From: Vitrella brassicaformis CCMP3155
Taxonomy: Eukaryota > Protista > Chromerida
Assembly: GCA_001179505.1 (NCBI GenBank)
Contig: CDMY01000409.1
Location: 20,845-84,844 of the forward strand
Length of the DNA stretch: 64,000 nucleotides
Reading direction: 5' to 3'
The notes beneath the pieces are model-generated. The model saw nothing but the letters and a program-made list of their open reading frames with translations, searched no databases and was not told the origin of the DNA. Below, one piece after another: positions 47,538 to 61,047 of the stretch. How positions within the stretch are numbered: position 1 is the first letter of the stretch; every line of letters begins with the position of its first letter. Made by a program: the position numbers and the translations under genes.

Positions 47538-49823
47538 CTACGTCTCGCCCTCCTCCTCGTCCTTCTTGTCCTCCAGCAGCCGCACTATCTCGTCTATCGT
47601 GTCAAACTGACACACACACACGCACGGAGACACACACACGGATGTAGGGCTGTCGTGTGTATCTGTGTGTGTGTGTACCTGTCGGTCGAATTTGGTGTTG
47701 TAGAGGAATGGCCTGTGGTCGAATCGGTTGTCGTCGGGCGAGTAGCTCTCGGCGTGGTACGCCGGCGTCAACGTCGTCATCTTGTGCCGATTCTCAGCGT
47801 ACTTGACGAAGAAACGCTTCACCTACACACACACACACACATTCCTCCCTCCCTCCCTGTCTGTCTGTCTGTCTGTGCGTCAGCTGACCTTCTCTGCGGT
47901 GACCCTGGGGCTGTGCTGGGTCCAGTGGTGCATGAGCTGTCTGAACATGGATACGGGGCCGCACCTCTGTAGCTTGCGCAGACGGCCGAACCAGCCGAGC
48001 TCCTCGTAGGTCATGCCCATGTCGACCTCGTCCTGCTGTGTGTGGTTCTCCAGAGACGCGTCGCCGATCGGGCGGAGCTCAGCTGTCGGGGGGGCCGCTA
48101 CCACCTGCACCACACACACACACGCAGGAGCACACACACACACACACACATGGAAAAGGTGTGTGAGGGTGCGTGTGTGTGGTGTGGTACCTCCTTGAGG
48201 GCTGGGTAGTTCAGGTTATCCGCCGCCCAATACTGATTGATCGGCACACAAAGGCGTGTGTGTGTGTGTGTTGGTGCGTATGGACTGGACGTACGAGGAA
48301 TTCTTTGAGGTCGACTTTGGAGATGGCCCCGATGGGGTTGATGTCACCGCTGGAGCAGTCGTACTTGGTCAGATAACCTCGCAGACCCTCGTCCACATTC
48401 CCTGACCACACACACACACACACACACACAAACCAAGCCACACACATGTCTGTGTGTGTGTGTGTGTGTGTGCGCGAGGGGGGTACCTGTGGCGAGCACT
48501 AGGAGCCATCCCTTGAAGCCCCTCACCCACGGCAGCAGCGCCGCCAACATGTACGCCAGCACCATACGGGTACGCGCCTGGATATTCTGCACCACACACG
48601 CGCACACACAAAGGACACACACAGTATGTGTGTCTCTGCAGCCACCCAGCGCACAACGGACAACGGACAACGCACCTGCAGGGCGAGATCTTCGCCAGGC
48701 GACCCCCCATCACAGGCAAATCTGAGCGTCTTGCCGGTGACCGTCTTGAACACCGCCTCGAGCGCCTTGGTGATGGGGTCAATGGTGGCGTCCATGTGGT
48801 AGGCGCCTATCTCCTCGGCGAGTGCCTTGGCGAGGCCGTGTGTCTTCTGCGAGGAGTTGACGGTGCCCATGTAGGTGGTGTGCAGCAGCTGGTGGGCGAG
48901 CTCCTGGTGGGACCGGGGGAAGCTGTCCGGGTGTTTGCAGTGCAGCACCTGCTCCACCTGACCAATCACCTCCTCAGAACCTGTTTAAAGCATCCATCAC
49001 ACAGCCAGAGGAAGGGCCAACCCTAAGAGCCCATTGCGCGTGTGTGATATTGTGTGTGTGTGTTTTTTTTTTCCGCACGGTCGTCGATGCATTTCCTCAT
49101 GACGATCTGGCACATGGACCCCACAATGGCCGCCACACTCGCGCTGTCCGCCCCGCCACTCAACGGCACAAAGAAGCCCCTACACACACACATCCATCCA
49201 TCCATCCATCTGTGTGTGTGTGTGTGTGTGTCAGGACACCTACCTAGCTCCGCTGCGTCTGAGGTAGTCCCACAGCCAGCATGCGGGCCCCTCGGCGATC
49301 TCCTCCATGGGGGTGCGGTAGACCGGTGCGCGGGGCGGTGTGGGCGCCACGTAGGCGTCAAGGTGAGTCGGCGGCGACGTCAGCTGGATGTCCGCAAACA
49401 CCCGGGGGAAGGCCTGCTTCAAACCGGCAGCCTGCACCGAGCGGGAGCTCACCTGACAGGCACAGACACACCGACACACACAGATGCAGGTGTCCGTCTG
49501 TGTGTGTCGGTGTGGGTGTGGGGTGGGAGTGGGGTACCTACCGCGGCTCTGTATGAGCGGACTTCGTCGAGGTCGACTCGTGCGGTGATGACCTCGACGT
49601 CGTTGACGGCGAACTGGCTGGCCTGCTGCACTACCTGACCGTTGACGGCGATGAGGGCACAGCCGTCGTAATACAGCCGGTTGCCGTCACACCCCTGCAC
49701 ACACAACACACACACATACTAACTCACACACCATGTGTGTGTGTGTGTGTGTGTGTAGATGCGTTCATTCAGGCCTGCCTGCTGGTTGGCGTAGAGATAC
49801 ACGCCTCCACTCTTCGATGTGGC

Positions 49824-49858
<35 letters not shown>

Positions 49859-50456
49859 GACAAAGACAACGACACCATCAGCCACACAAACCCAGATATC
49901 CACCTCGGTACCTGAGAATGAGGTCGATCCTGGTGTCGAGTTTCCTGAGCTGGTGGTGGGAGCCGCTGCCGTTGCCAATGATCTCCACGCCGTCGAGGAA
50001 GAGCGGGATGTGTGGCGAGTGGGGCGTCCACAGCTCCTCGCAGGTCTCGCTCGCGACACTCGTGTCGCGACAGTCTATCACACCTATGCCGAACGGCACC
50101 TTCTGCTGACCAGTCACCTAACCACAATCACACACACATACACAGAGGGAGAGAGGGAGGGAGAGAGAGAGAGAGACGTCTGTGTCACGCAATTGTGCCC
50201 GTGTGTGTGTGTGTGTGGTGGCACCTACCTGTGCGACATTGAGAGGGAGGTAGAAGTCTTCGAGGATGTTGCCCTTCATCCAAGGGGCGAAGAAGCGGAA
50301 CTCTCTGTAGTTGCCGTCGTTGGCGAAAAGGAGCTTTGGGCGGATCATGAGGATCTTGCCGTCGAGGCAGAAGATGCGGCAGTTGTACCGCACCGACTTG
50401 TGCATCACCGGCGCACCGATGTCGCACAATATCCCTTACCAGTGAGATAGTTGTGG

Positions 50457-50489
<33 letters not shown>

Positions 50490-50967
50490 TGGATGGGCAG
50501 GGATGTGTATGTGTGTGTGTGTGTGTGTGTGTGCATACCGTGTGTGAGGTCCGTTTTGAGTATGCGCGCCATGCTCTCCCACGAGTGCTGGAAGGTGTCG
50601 TTCTCCAGAAAGTGATCTTCACACCTGACATCGCCATCACACACACACACACAGACACAGGGGTGTGCATGATGCCCGCCCGCCCCTCCATCCCTCCACT
50701 CACTGACTGATTCACTCACCCATAGCCGCACAGTTCCAACTCGGGCCCGATGCGCAGCTTGGCACCTAAACAAACACACCCACATACAAAAGATACCCAT
50801 CGTGTTGCGTGGCCATGTCTGTGTCTGTCAGTGTGTGTGTGTGTGTGTGTGAGCTACGTACGTCTTTCTTTTGCTCCTCGTATGGAGGCTTCTGTGCGAA
50901 AGAGGTTGCCCTCGAAGTCGAGCGCCCACTGGTTGAGGTTGCAGGTGGCGACGGTGGCGATGCGCAT
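47538..50967 (-). CDS. NADSYN1: Glutamine-dependent NAD+ synthetase
   Basis: [160 protein letters not shown]. Confidence 0.97.
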
Positions 50968-51192
50968 GGCGGTGGGTGGCGATGGGTGCGATGGATGCTC
51001 GCGGAGGGAGGCCGATCAGATCAGCAGCTTGAGGTGCACAATGGATGGATGACGAACGTGCTGATGTTGGCAGACTGGATGATCTATCTGGTCTTCGCTC
51101 TCCTTCGCGACGAGTCGACAGTCAATTCCTGCTGAATGGTATTCTTGGACAGAGATCTTGTGGGAGCAAGGTATTCCTGCTTGGAGATCTGA

Positions 51193-51216
51193 GTTACAGG
51201 GTTTAGGGTTTAGGGT
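51193..51216. promoter_or_regulatory. Interstitial telomeric repeat / telo-box upstream of NAD+ synthetase
   Basis: gttacagggtttagggtttagggt, about 230 bp upstream of the minus-strand ATG at 50967. Confidence 0.45.
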
Positions 51217-52063
51217 GGGAGAACGGGCAGACCTTTCACCGTCTCCATCCGTCCATCATCACGCCACACAAGAGTCAGTCAGGTCACACACACAAGTATG
51301 ATGCCATACGATGGATCGATGAGAGATCATCACATCTACCCACCCGCCCCGCCCTCAGCCCCTCTGCAATCAGTCAGTCGATCAGTCCATCCATCCATCC
51401 ATCCACGGCCATCCATATTACCTGCCTGTTGCTAGGTAAGCAAGAACACCTCTAGACGGACAGCGAGGAAGAGGAAGAGAGTCAGTCAGTCAGTCAGCCG
51501 TGCCGAAGCACACACACACACACACACACAGACGTACGCATGGTGCAGCAAAGAACACTCCACTCACAGCGCGGACACCCACACACATACACTTACACAT
51601 AGGAAGAAAAGACTTCTTTCATTCACAATGGATGGATGGATGGATCGCTCTGCCTGCATCCGATGAGCTGCATACACTTGCCCTTGCTCACTCGTGAACA
51701 CACGCATACGCGCCGCGCACGGACGAACACATGGATGGACGGGGGGGGGGCAAAGACAGCCACACACACAGACGGACAGCCACACAGACAGACAGACAGA
51801 CAGCCACACACACAGACGGACAGCCACACAGACAGACAGACAGACAGACAGCCAGGCAGACAGGACAGTCTGGAGTAGCGGGGGTAGAGGCAGGCAAGAT
51901 GGGGAAGAGAACACCACCTACTGCACATAAACACTTTCCTGTCCGTCCGTCCGTCCGTCAGTCTGTCGGCAGCAACTCAGCTCTCCGAAAAAAGGCAGCA
52001 GCAGCAGCAGCATCATCTCATTCCCTCCCCTCCCCCTTAGCTGCAGAAGACTTGCCCCCCCCC

Positions 52064-52363
52064 NNNNNNNNNNNNNNNNNNNNNNNNNNNNNNNNNNNNN
52101 NNNNNNNNNNNNNNNNNNNNNNNNNNNNNNNNNNNNNNNNNNNNNNNNNNNNNNNNNNNNNNNNNNNNNNNNNNNNNNNNNNNNNNNNNNNNNNNNNNNN
52201 NNNNNNNNNNNNNNNNNNNNNNNNNNNNNNNNNNNNNNNNNNNNNNNNNNNNNNNNNNNNNNNNNNNNNNNNNNNNNNNNNNNNNNNNNNNNNNNNNNNN
52301 NNNNNNNNNNNNNNNNNNNNNNNNNNNNNNNNNNNNNNNNNNNNNNNNNNNNNNNNNNNNNNN
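52064..52363. other. Assembly gap (300 N)
   Basis: Run of N. Confidence 0.99.
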
Positions 52364-53179
52364 CGCCCTCCCCGTACCTGTATACCTATGTGTGGATTCA
52401 TCTATCTGAATGTGTGTGTGTGTGTGCGAAGAAAAAAAGGCTTACTTACTCAGTCAGGTCATCTTGGCATTCATTGATCGGACCATCCGGCAGGTCTCTG
52501 TACGCTCGCATGAACGGTGCAGGCTGGCACAGAGAGAGGGAGAGAGAGGGAGGGAGAGAGAGAGAGAGAGAGGGGGAGAAGGGGAGGGGGAGAAGGGGAG
52601 AGGGAGAGAGAGGGAGAGAGTGGCTGTGGCCTGCCTGGGAGCGCAAAACCAATCGATCGATGGGCATTGCATTGGCGAGACGAAACAAAGAAAAGGGGCC
52701 CCTTGCGCTCGGCTCGGCCGGGTGTCTGTCTGACTGTCAGACAGACTGTCAGGCAGGCAGGCCCACAGACGGATGAGGAGGTGAACAGAGGGGAGATAGA
52801 TGGAGAGAAGAAAACATCAAGACGTAAAAAGAGAGAATGAGAGATTTCTATCCGGCAAGTAAGTGGACCCTCCCCTCGCCTAACTCCCTCCCCTCCCCTC
52901 CTTAATTCGCTGGCTGGCTGTCTGGCAGACAGGCAAGCACGTACGCGCAGAGGGAGCAAGAAGGGCCCGCTCTCTCGACCGATTTGCCGTCTCACACCGT
53001 CGCTGTGTACGACAAATCGGGTCGGGCCGTGCCACACCACCCACCCCCAACAAATCCATCGCACAATAAACGTGCAACCATCCATTCTCCCTCCCCTCCC
53101 CCCTCCCCATACCAAAAACACACACGCATGGGACAGTCTGCACGCGCACGCGTCAACCTCTCCCTTCCCCCCCCCCCCC

Positions 53180-53479
53180 NNNNNNNNNNNNNNNNNNNNN
53201 NNNNNNNNNNNNNNNNNNNNNNNNNNNNNNNNNNNNNNNNNNNNNNNNNNNNNNNNNNNNNNNNNNNNNNNNNNNNNNNNNNNNNNNNNNNNNNNNNNNN
53301 NNNNNNNNNNNNNNNNNNNNNNNNNNNNNNNNNNNNNNNNNNNNNNNNNNNNNNNNNNNNNNNNNNNNNNNNNNNNNNNNNNNNNNNNNNNNNNNNNNNN
53401 NNNNNNNNNNNNNNNNNNNNNNNNNNNNNNNNNNNNNNNNNNNNNNNNNNNNNNNNNNNNNNNNNNNNNNNNNNNNNNN
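53180..53479. other. Assembly gap (300 N)
   Basis: Run of N. Confidence 0.99.
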
Positions 53480-53592
53480 CCCCCCCACACACACACACAC
53501 CCTCCCATCCACCTCAGTCACCCGATGTCGGTCCGTCTGACAGTCGGTCAGTCAGTCAGTCCAGATGTCTGCGGTGAGAGCTGTCCTGTCTG

Positions 53593-54135
53593 TCACCGCA
53601 CGGCGCCGAAGTCGGCGGCCATCTGCTCGAACTCCGATGGGTTACTGCCGCGGAAGACGCCGCTGCTGTTGGCCAACAGCAAAGCGTTGAAGCCCCAGTC
53701 TGCACGCAAGCACACACAAACACGCCCCCATGAGTGTGTGTGGCTTCTGTCTCTGTGTATGTGTGCGTGTGCAGGGGTGGCTGTGGGATGGTGGGGTGGT
53801 GGGCGTCAATACATACCGAAGATGATGATGGCCAGGCCGGCCAGGACGACGGCGAGAGTGATGACCTTCGACACCTGGGCTGGCTGCAGGCACCGCCGCC
53901 ATCTGCACACACCCCCACACACACACGTTTTTGTCTGTCTCCCTGCTGTCTGTGCATCTGTGTGTGTGGGGGGGGGAGTGGTGGGTAAGGTAAGAGCTCA
54001 CCGTGCAATGATTTCAGGCACTACGATGATGATGAAGCCGTAGACGACGGCCCTGTAGGTGCAGACGAGGGGCGGGTAGACCGACCAGTGCATCGGAGGG
54101 TCGCCCCACTCCCATATGGCCCGTTTGGCAACCTG

Positions 54136-54171
<36 letters not shown>

Positions 54172-54341
54172 TAGAGTGAGAGGGAGAGAGAGAGAGAGTG
54201 AGAGATGTCCATCTGTGTGGGTGGGCGGACGGAATGTGTGGTGCTCACGTCGTAGTAATCGGCCTGTGAGTCGAAGAAGGTGTACTTCGACTGCATGGCG
54301 ACGATGCCGCCCGCCCACACAGCGATCGACGCCCCAACCTT

Positions 54342-54375
<34 letters not shown>

Positions 54376-56950
54376 TACGTACCCATCGTGTGGGCATCAA
54401 TGAGTGATGCGCGGGCGTACCCATGTGAGCAGAGGGCACGCTATGAGGGAGCTCAGCAGCGCCGGCAAAAGAGACCACCGCCTAACCACACACACACAGA
54501 CACGTGTGTCAACAAACGCACCGGTGGATGGATGGATGGACAATTGCGCACCTTGGGTCAAGGTTGAGTATCTTGAGTAGGTCGTTCTGGTGCGTGGCCT
54601 GCATCATGGCCACCTCGCCCGAGTAGCTGCCGCCCATGCGGCCCGACAGCAGCAGACCCGTCAGCAGCGGAGCCAGCTCGACCACAAACACAAAGGCCAC
54701 CGCCAACTGATACACACCGACACCGACACCGACACAGAGGGCACAGAGGACACAGCACATGGGAGAGAGATTACAGTGGTCGCCGAGACCTCTCTCTCCC
54801 TCTCTCCTTGTGTGTGTGCGTGTGTGTGCGTGTGTGTGCGTGTGAGCTCACTTACCGCATAAACTTTTCTCTTGACTTCGATGATGATTGCATCGGTGAG
54901 GTCCTTGTTCTCCGCCACGATGATCGGGATGATCTCCGCCTACAGCCGGACGGACATGAAACATCAACACACACAGACACAGACACAGACACAGACGCAG
55001 ACGCACAGACATGTAACACGCAATTCGTCCTCTGTGGGGTGTGTTTGTGTGGTCTGTGTGTGTGTGAGAGCACCGACCAGCGTCGGGACGTCATAGAGCA
55101 TCTGGATGGGGTCGATACGGTCCAGCAGGTCGGCGAACAGCGTGCAGATGGCAAAACCTACACACACACACACAGGCATGGTGGGCATGGTGGTCCATGG
55201 TGGGCTGTGTGATTGTGTGATGGGTGGGTGGGTCGGTGGGTGGTTTCTCTCTGTCACTGACTGACTGACTGACTCACCGGCCGAGAAAAACGCCAATATA
55301 ATGAGAGGGCTCGAGTACAGCAGATAGTCCACCAACCTGCACACAGAACACACACACATACACACCCCGACGGAAAGTAAAACATCTGTCCATCGAGCAG
55401 AGAGACACGGATGGATGGCTTACTTGAGCAGAAACCGCACAGCGAATTCGTATCTCGGCCACCGGTTAATCGCGGACCTCCAAGTCCGCCCACTCGCCTT
55501 TGTGGAACCACCTGCCTCACCTGCACAGCACACACCCACACACACACACCCAAACACACACATGGAGAATGAATGAATGAACGAACCGAAGCGACCACTA
55601 TGGGACATTTCTTGAAAGAACGCACCCTTGTCGATTTGCCCGCCCCCGACGGGCGGGGTGCTCGGCTCTGTGCTGCCAAGGGACGCCTCTGCACACATCC
55701 ACACATCCACAGTGCATGTTCGTTCTATCGGTGCAGCCGGTGCCTACCCGGCATAGCCAGCGGGGTCCCCGCTGTCGTCATCATCTCACTGTGCTGTGTG
55801 TGCTGCTGCTGCTGCTGCTGGGGGTGAAGGTGTTGTTGTTGGTTGGTGACAGCCAGGGTGTCAGCGGTGGTGGCCCGTGTGGCGGGGGAGCCGGGCGGGA
55901 GGGGCGGGAGAGGTGCCGACGGACCCACAGGCAGGCGCGGGAACTTACCTGCCAGCAGTGGACACCAATGAGGATGAGGGACCACATCCACCGCATCCAT
56001 GTGTGTATGTGTGTGTGTGTGTGTGTGTGTGTACCATTGCTGGTGTCGGTGTGGTTGGTGGCCTGGTCGTCACTCTGCTTTGGCTTGAGTGACACGATGT
56101 GCGACGGGTGCAATCCCAACACCTGCACACCACACGGAGGGATAGCATGATGGCCACATGGGCGGGCGAGTGGTGTTCTGTGCTGTGGTGTGGTGTCAGG
56201 TGCGTGCCTACGAGGTCGTGTTGGTGGGAGATGACGATGAGGGCCACGGGGTAGGTCCGGCGGAGATACGATATCAGCCGACTGATCTCCACTGCTATCT
56301 CTGGGTCCAAACCTGCAGTCAGTGTGATGACCACAGACAGACAGCACACCCAACCAAATGAGTGCTTCTCTGCCCCTCTCTGTGCCAGACAGACAGACAG
56401 ACATACCGACGAACGGCTCGTCCAAAACAATGACGCTCTTCCGCTGAGCCAACACCTGCGCCAGACACGCCCGCCTGCACACACACACATACACACACAC
56501 CTGTCTGTGCATCCTCTGTGGTGGTGGGTGGTGCGGTGTCACAGACCTGAGCATGCCTCCGGAGAGGTGGCCCGGCTTCTTCTGGCCATCACGCTCGGGC
56601 ACCAGACCAACCTACAACAGGTGCACACACACGATTCAGAGACAGAGATGGACAATGCACTCATCGTGTGTTTGTCTTGTTTGTGAGAGCGTTTGTGCGT
56701 ATGTACCCGTCTAAGCTGCTCGTTGATCGTCTTCCGGCCGCAGGGCAAGTTGCCAACCTTCACACACACACACACACACAGGTATGGGTGGGTACGGAGG
56801 TGTGAAGTGTATCAGTGTGTGTATCTTGTACCTTAGCCGATAGCTGCAGGTTCTCAAACACAGTTAGGGAGTCGATCATGACGCCGTTCTGGAACAGCAG
56901 ACCTATCCTCGAGTGGTTCTGAACACACACACGAACACCCAACTGTACAA

Positions 56951-56982
<32 letters not shown>

Positions 56983-58209
56983 GGGGGGGGGGGGGNNNNN
57001 NNNNNNNNNNNNNNNNNNNNNNNNNNNNNNNNNNNNNNNNNNNNNNNNNNNNNNNNNNNNNNNNNNNNNNNNNNNNNNNNNNNNNNNNNNNNNNNNNNNN
57101 NNNNNNNNNNNNNNNNNNNNNNNNNNNNNNNNNNNNNNNNNNNNNNNNNNNNNNNNNNNNNNNNNNNNNNNNNNNNNNNNNNNNNNNNNNNNNNNNNNNN
57201 NNNNNNNNNNNNNNNNNNNNNNNNNNNNNNNNNNNNNNNNNNNNNNNNNNNNNNNNNNNNNNNNNNNNNNNNNNNNNNNNNNNNNNNNNNNNNNNGGGGG
57301 GGGGGGGGGTGAAGGGTGATGAGCACCCGCGGCGTGTTGTGCAGGTGTGGGTGCGATGACGGCCACGTGACGGTCATGTGTGTGTCTGAAAAGGGCAGCG
57401 GCTGCAGGCCAGCCAGGTGCTTGGCTATCGACGTCTTGCCAACTGCACACCACACACACACACACAAACCCAGACATCCACCCACATAGACACACACATG
57501 TGTATGCGTCTTACCTCCTGACGGCCCGTCCAGCCAGAGCAGGTCGCCCGCTTTGAGCTCGATGCGCACCGACTCGTTCACAAAGGGACACGGACGCTTC
57601 TTGCCGCCAATCTGTTGGTTGATTCGTTCGTTCACACACACACATACAGATGTGAGCAGGCAGGAAGACGCCAATCGCCGTCAATCAGGAGGACGCCCCT
57701 CCACACGCACCAGTGATCGCAGGAAGCCTTCCTTGTCACAGGAGCCCTCTGTCCTGACCACCTCAGCCTTGACCAAATAGTGGTACCCAGCTGTCAGTCA
57801 CATCAAACAAACATACACACGTACAGTTTTGTCCGTCCATCCACCGATATCGACGATGCCATGGACCGATGGATTGCTTGCGCCTGCCCACCCACCCCAC
57901 TCACTGACCTGCCCGTGCGGACGGCCCGGCAGACCTCTCAGCTTCTCCTATCTCTCGCCGCCGTTGCCTACACACACACACAGATCCCACACACACAAGG
58001 TGCCGATCGGGCTGCCTGCCTGCCCCGCTGCTCAGATCAGACCTGCCCTCAGTGCTTGCAGCCGATGCGGGTGAGGCCGTGAGCTCAGCCTCGTTGTCCA
58101 TGACAACCATAACTGTCGACTGCTGGTCGTTCTCTCGCGCCTCGTCGTCGGTTGCGTCGTCGCTGCGGGGCGCTGGCGGGGTGCTCGTCGGCGTCAGAGA
58201 GGGTGCCAT
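53593..58209 (-). CDS. ABC transporter: MlaF/TGD3-like ATPase apparently fused to an MlaE/TGD1-like permease (start uncertain)
   Basis: Walker A GPSGVGKT, Q-loop LLFQNG, signature LSGGMLRRACLAQ, Walker B/D-loop IVLDEPFVGLDP, H-loop ISHQ; downstream ELAPLLTGLLLSGRMGGSYSGEVAMMQATHQNDLLKILNLDP (MlaE motif) and ..QVSKVITLAVVLAGLAIIIF. Confidence 0.8.
56996..57295. other. Assembly gap (300 N) inside the ABC gene
   Basis: Run of N. Confidence 0.99.
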
Positions 58210-58779
58210 CACCCGCTCTGATCAGACAGACATCACAAACACCAAACACCCACACAGCTCACTGAGCTGAGGGATCTCGCGGACAACCCCACGTGGCTCT
58301 CGGCCGCTCTGGCTGTCTTGCTGGTGCTGCCTGACCGTGTCGTGTGTGTGCCGCGTGTATGGCTGGTCTGTCTGCCCTCGACGGCGAGGTCTCGCGGGGC
58401 TGTGTTCTCACCTGCAGATGACGACCCCGCTGGTGATCTCTTGCTGGCCGACGTCGTGGCGCTGCTGCTTCTGGTCAACTTGGTGCCTAATGAACGCCTC
58501 TTACAGCCTTCTCTGACCTTCGATCCGGTGTGAGCTGAGCTCGCAGTTCAAGCTCGCAGAAATCGCTGAGGCTGCTGCTAGCGACGCGAGAGCAATGGCT
58601 GGAGATGCAATGGCTGGAGATGCTCCTGTGTGACCTGCAGATCAGATCTTTTTTTCGATAAAGATGGGATCGGCTGGAAGGCAGCCTCCTTCCGAGAGGA
58701 TCTATGTTTGCTACTAGCTGAGTCTACTTCTGTCAATCGCGATGTATGGCGTATTCGGGCAGCATATATTTTATACATA

Positions 58780-59754
58780 TTTAGGCAGCTCACCATCCTC
58801 AGCTGGGGCTTGGCAGCAGCATATGCTGTGAGTGCGCCATCCGCCTCGCGCCAGGCAGGGCCTGCGTTCCTGGCGCTGTTGCCTCGTCAGCCGTCCATCG
58901 CCACGGCACATCGGAGTGGTCTGACCCGGGAGATCCGGCGAATACACAAGGGCGAGGTCGCCTCTCTCCTCAGGGCGGCGCGTGTGAGTCGAATGTTGCT
59001 TCGCTTCACGAGTGGGTCCTCTCATGCCTTGTGTGTCACCGTGTGTGTGTCAGGTGGACAAGGCTAAGGCGTTTGAGACCGTCGCGACTGTCGAGCGAGT
59101 GAGTGTGTGAACGACGCCAACCGGCACATAAGACAGTCGCGTTGATTGAGATGATTGACCTTTCTGTCTTCGCAGGTGGCGGTGCCCGAGTATCTTGTTA
59201 AGAAGGAGGTGGCCAGAATTGAGAAGGCCCTCGCGCCTCTGGTGGAGCTACGTGCCAAAGTGATGGGCATGGCGCGGACCGAGGGGTACAAAGACGGACA
59301 AACATGGAATCGATGATGATTGTGCGGAATGAATGCCCTTTGATTGACTGACTGATGTGTGTGTGTGTGCAGGTTTGATGCTGTTGAGGTGCAGAAGGCG
59401 TACAACCAGTTCACAGATGCGATGGAAAGGAACCGTTTCGATCTGCTGAAATGTGAGAAGTCGCTCACCAGACGGCACATCCACTCATTGACGGGGGTCA
59501 CTGTGTGTGCACGTGTGTGTCGGTGTGTGTGTCGGGGTGTTAGACCTAGACATGGTGTCCTGCGCCGCAGAATACAGAGGCACACACACACGCACGCAAC
59601 TGCAGACACACGTGCGCTTGTTATCTCCCTGTGTACCTTTGTGGTTTTCCACACAGAGAACGATAATGTCAAGTTCGATCCGGAGATCATCATGCTGGCG
59701 GTGAGTCTCGTTCCTGGCGCACGACTCAAAGACGTCATTGCAAAGGGCGAGTAG
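58780..59754 (+). CDS. Hypothetical protein, possibly with bipartite (signal + transit) leader; start and end unresolved
   Basis: Phase-compatible exons LTILSWGLAAAYA|AGPAFLALLPRQPS..|VDKAKAFETVATVER|VAVPEYLVKKEVARIEKALAPLVELRAKV..|FDAVEVQKAYNQFTDAMERNRFDLLK; no clear in-frame ATG found. Confidence 0.45.
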
Positions 59755-61047
59755 ATTCCTGCCGCCACCGCTCACCACACACCGACAGTAAGCGCAGAAC
59801 GACAGACAGACAGACAGACAGACAGAGAGTGTGTGCGATGGAGGTGTGTATGTCAGTGTGCGAGCGGGTGTCGGTCGGTCCGTCATGTGTATGTGGACAT
59901 ATTGTATGTAACATATATCGTGCACTGCACCTGCCTGCCCGCCAAAGGAACCATGCATTAGTATGTAATGTGCGGCCCGCACACTGCTCGACTTGAGAAT
60001 TTTCTGTATGGATCGATGTTTCTCCAAGTTCTTACCACCCCATCAGACCGACCTGTGGGGCTCATGATACAACGATTCGTTGTACGTGGGAGCGAGAACA
60101 CACTCTCTCTCACAGGGCTACCGCTTTTCGACCACCATTAGAGGCGTGTTGTGGCGAGAGAGGCCCGCGGCCTGCCGGTAAACATTGTGGCCGCTTGTTC
60201 ACCTCCAGAATGTCTGTGAGTGACCTTTCCCGCCGGCCCTTGTCGTGTGGTTTGTGGGTGTTCACCCACATATATAGGCACTCGCGGAGACGCGCCTGAT
60301 CTGTGTGTGTCCGCGTGGCCGGATGGTGGATAGATGGATTGGTACGTGCATGTGTCTTTGTGAGTGTCCGTCTGGTTTGCACACACGAATGAGTGACTTC
60401 CCATTGAAGAAGTGAGAGAGACGCAAGTGGAAAGGTGCCGCCGGTCAGGAAAATGCCAGTTCACTCCAGGAATGTCCGTCGGTCCGTCATGATCACGGCG
60501 CACACAGACAGACACACTCCACCACACAGTCATTGAGAGAGAGAGAGGCATGGCAGGCCAGTGAGTCAGCCAGGCAGCCACACACAGTCACACATTGGCC
60601 GAGCCATCACACTAAAATCGGCCGGCAGATAGGATGACCGCCCCGACACACCCACCCCCACAGGCAGCCAGCCGGCCATGAGGACGGGTGGATGTCTCCT
60701 TCACGCAGACACACAGAGGGAGGGAGGGAGGGCTACACATAAGGAGGAGCGACACACAGGCAAAAAGGGAAAGCCATAGACCGACTGAACTCACGCACCC
60801 AGCAGAGGCATGGAACTCTTGACCACACACACAGCCATTGGGTCACATTTTAGCAGCTGGTCTGTCTGTCGACAGAGTGAGTGGTGTGCGATGTCTCTTG
60901 TGCACACACAGATCGGCGACAGAGATAACGACAGCCAGCAACCAACAGATACCCTCCTGATGACACACAGACACGCAAGCAAGGGCGAGATTCAGTCAGA
61001 TGACAGAGGATGTGCATCGCTGCTCACCCGACACTTTGACGGATCGA

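Noticed and set aside
51193-51216. Chromosome end or telomere
   Set aside because: Only two perfect TTTAGGG units, internal to a gene-dense region
51750-51860. Compound tandem repeat (cagccacacacacagacgga/cagaca)
   Set aside because: Ordinary microsatellite-derived repeat typical of this genome
3485-57674. Long ORFs containing X runs (e.g. 3485-4501, 51731-52477, 52471-53508, 53072-54043)
   Set aside because: Their length is an artefact of reading through 300-N gaps and microsatellites
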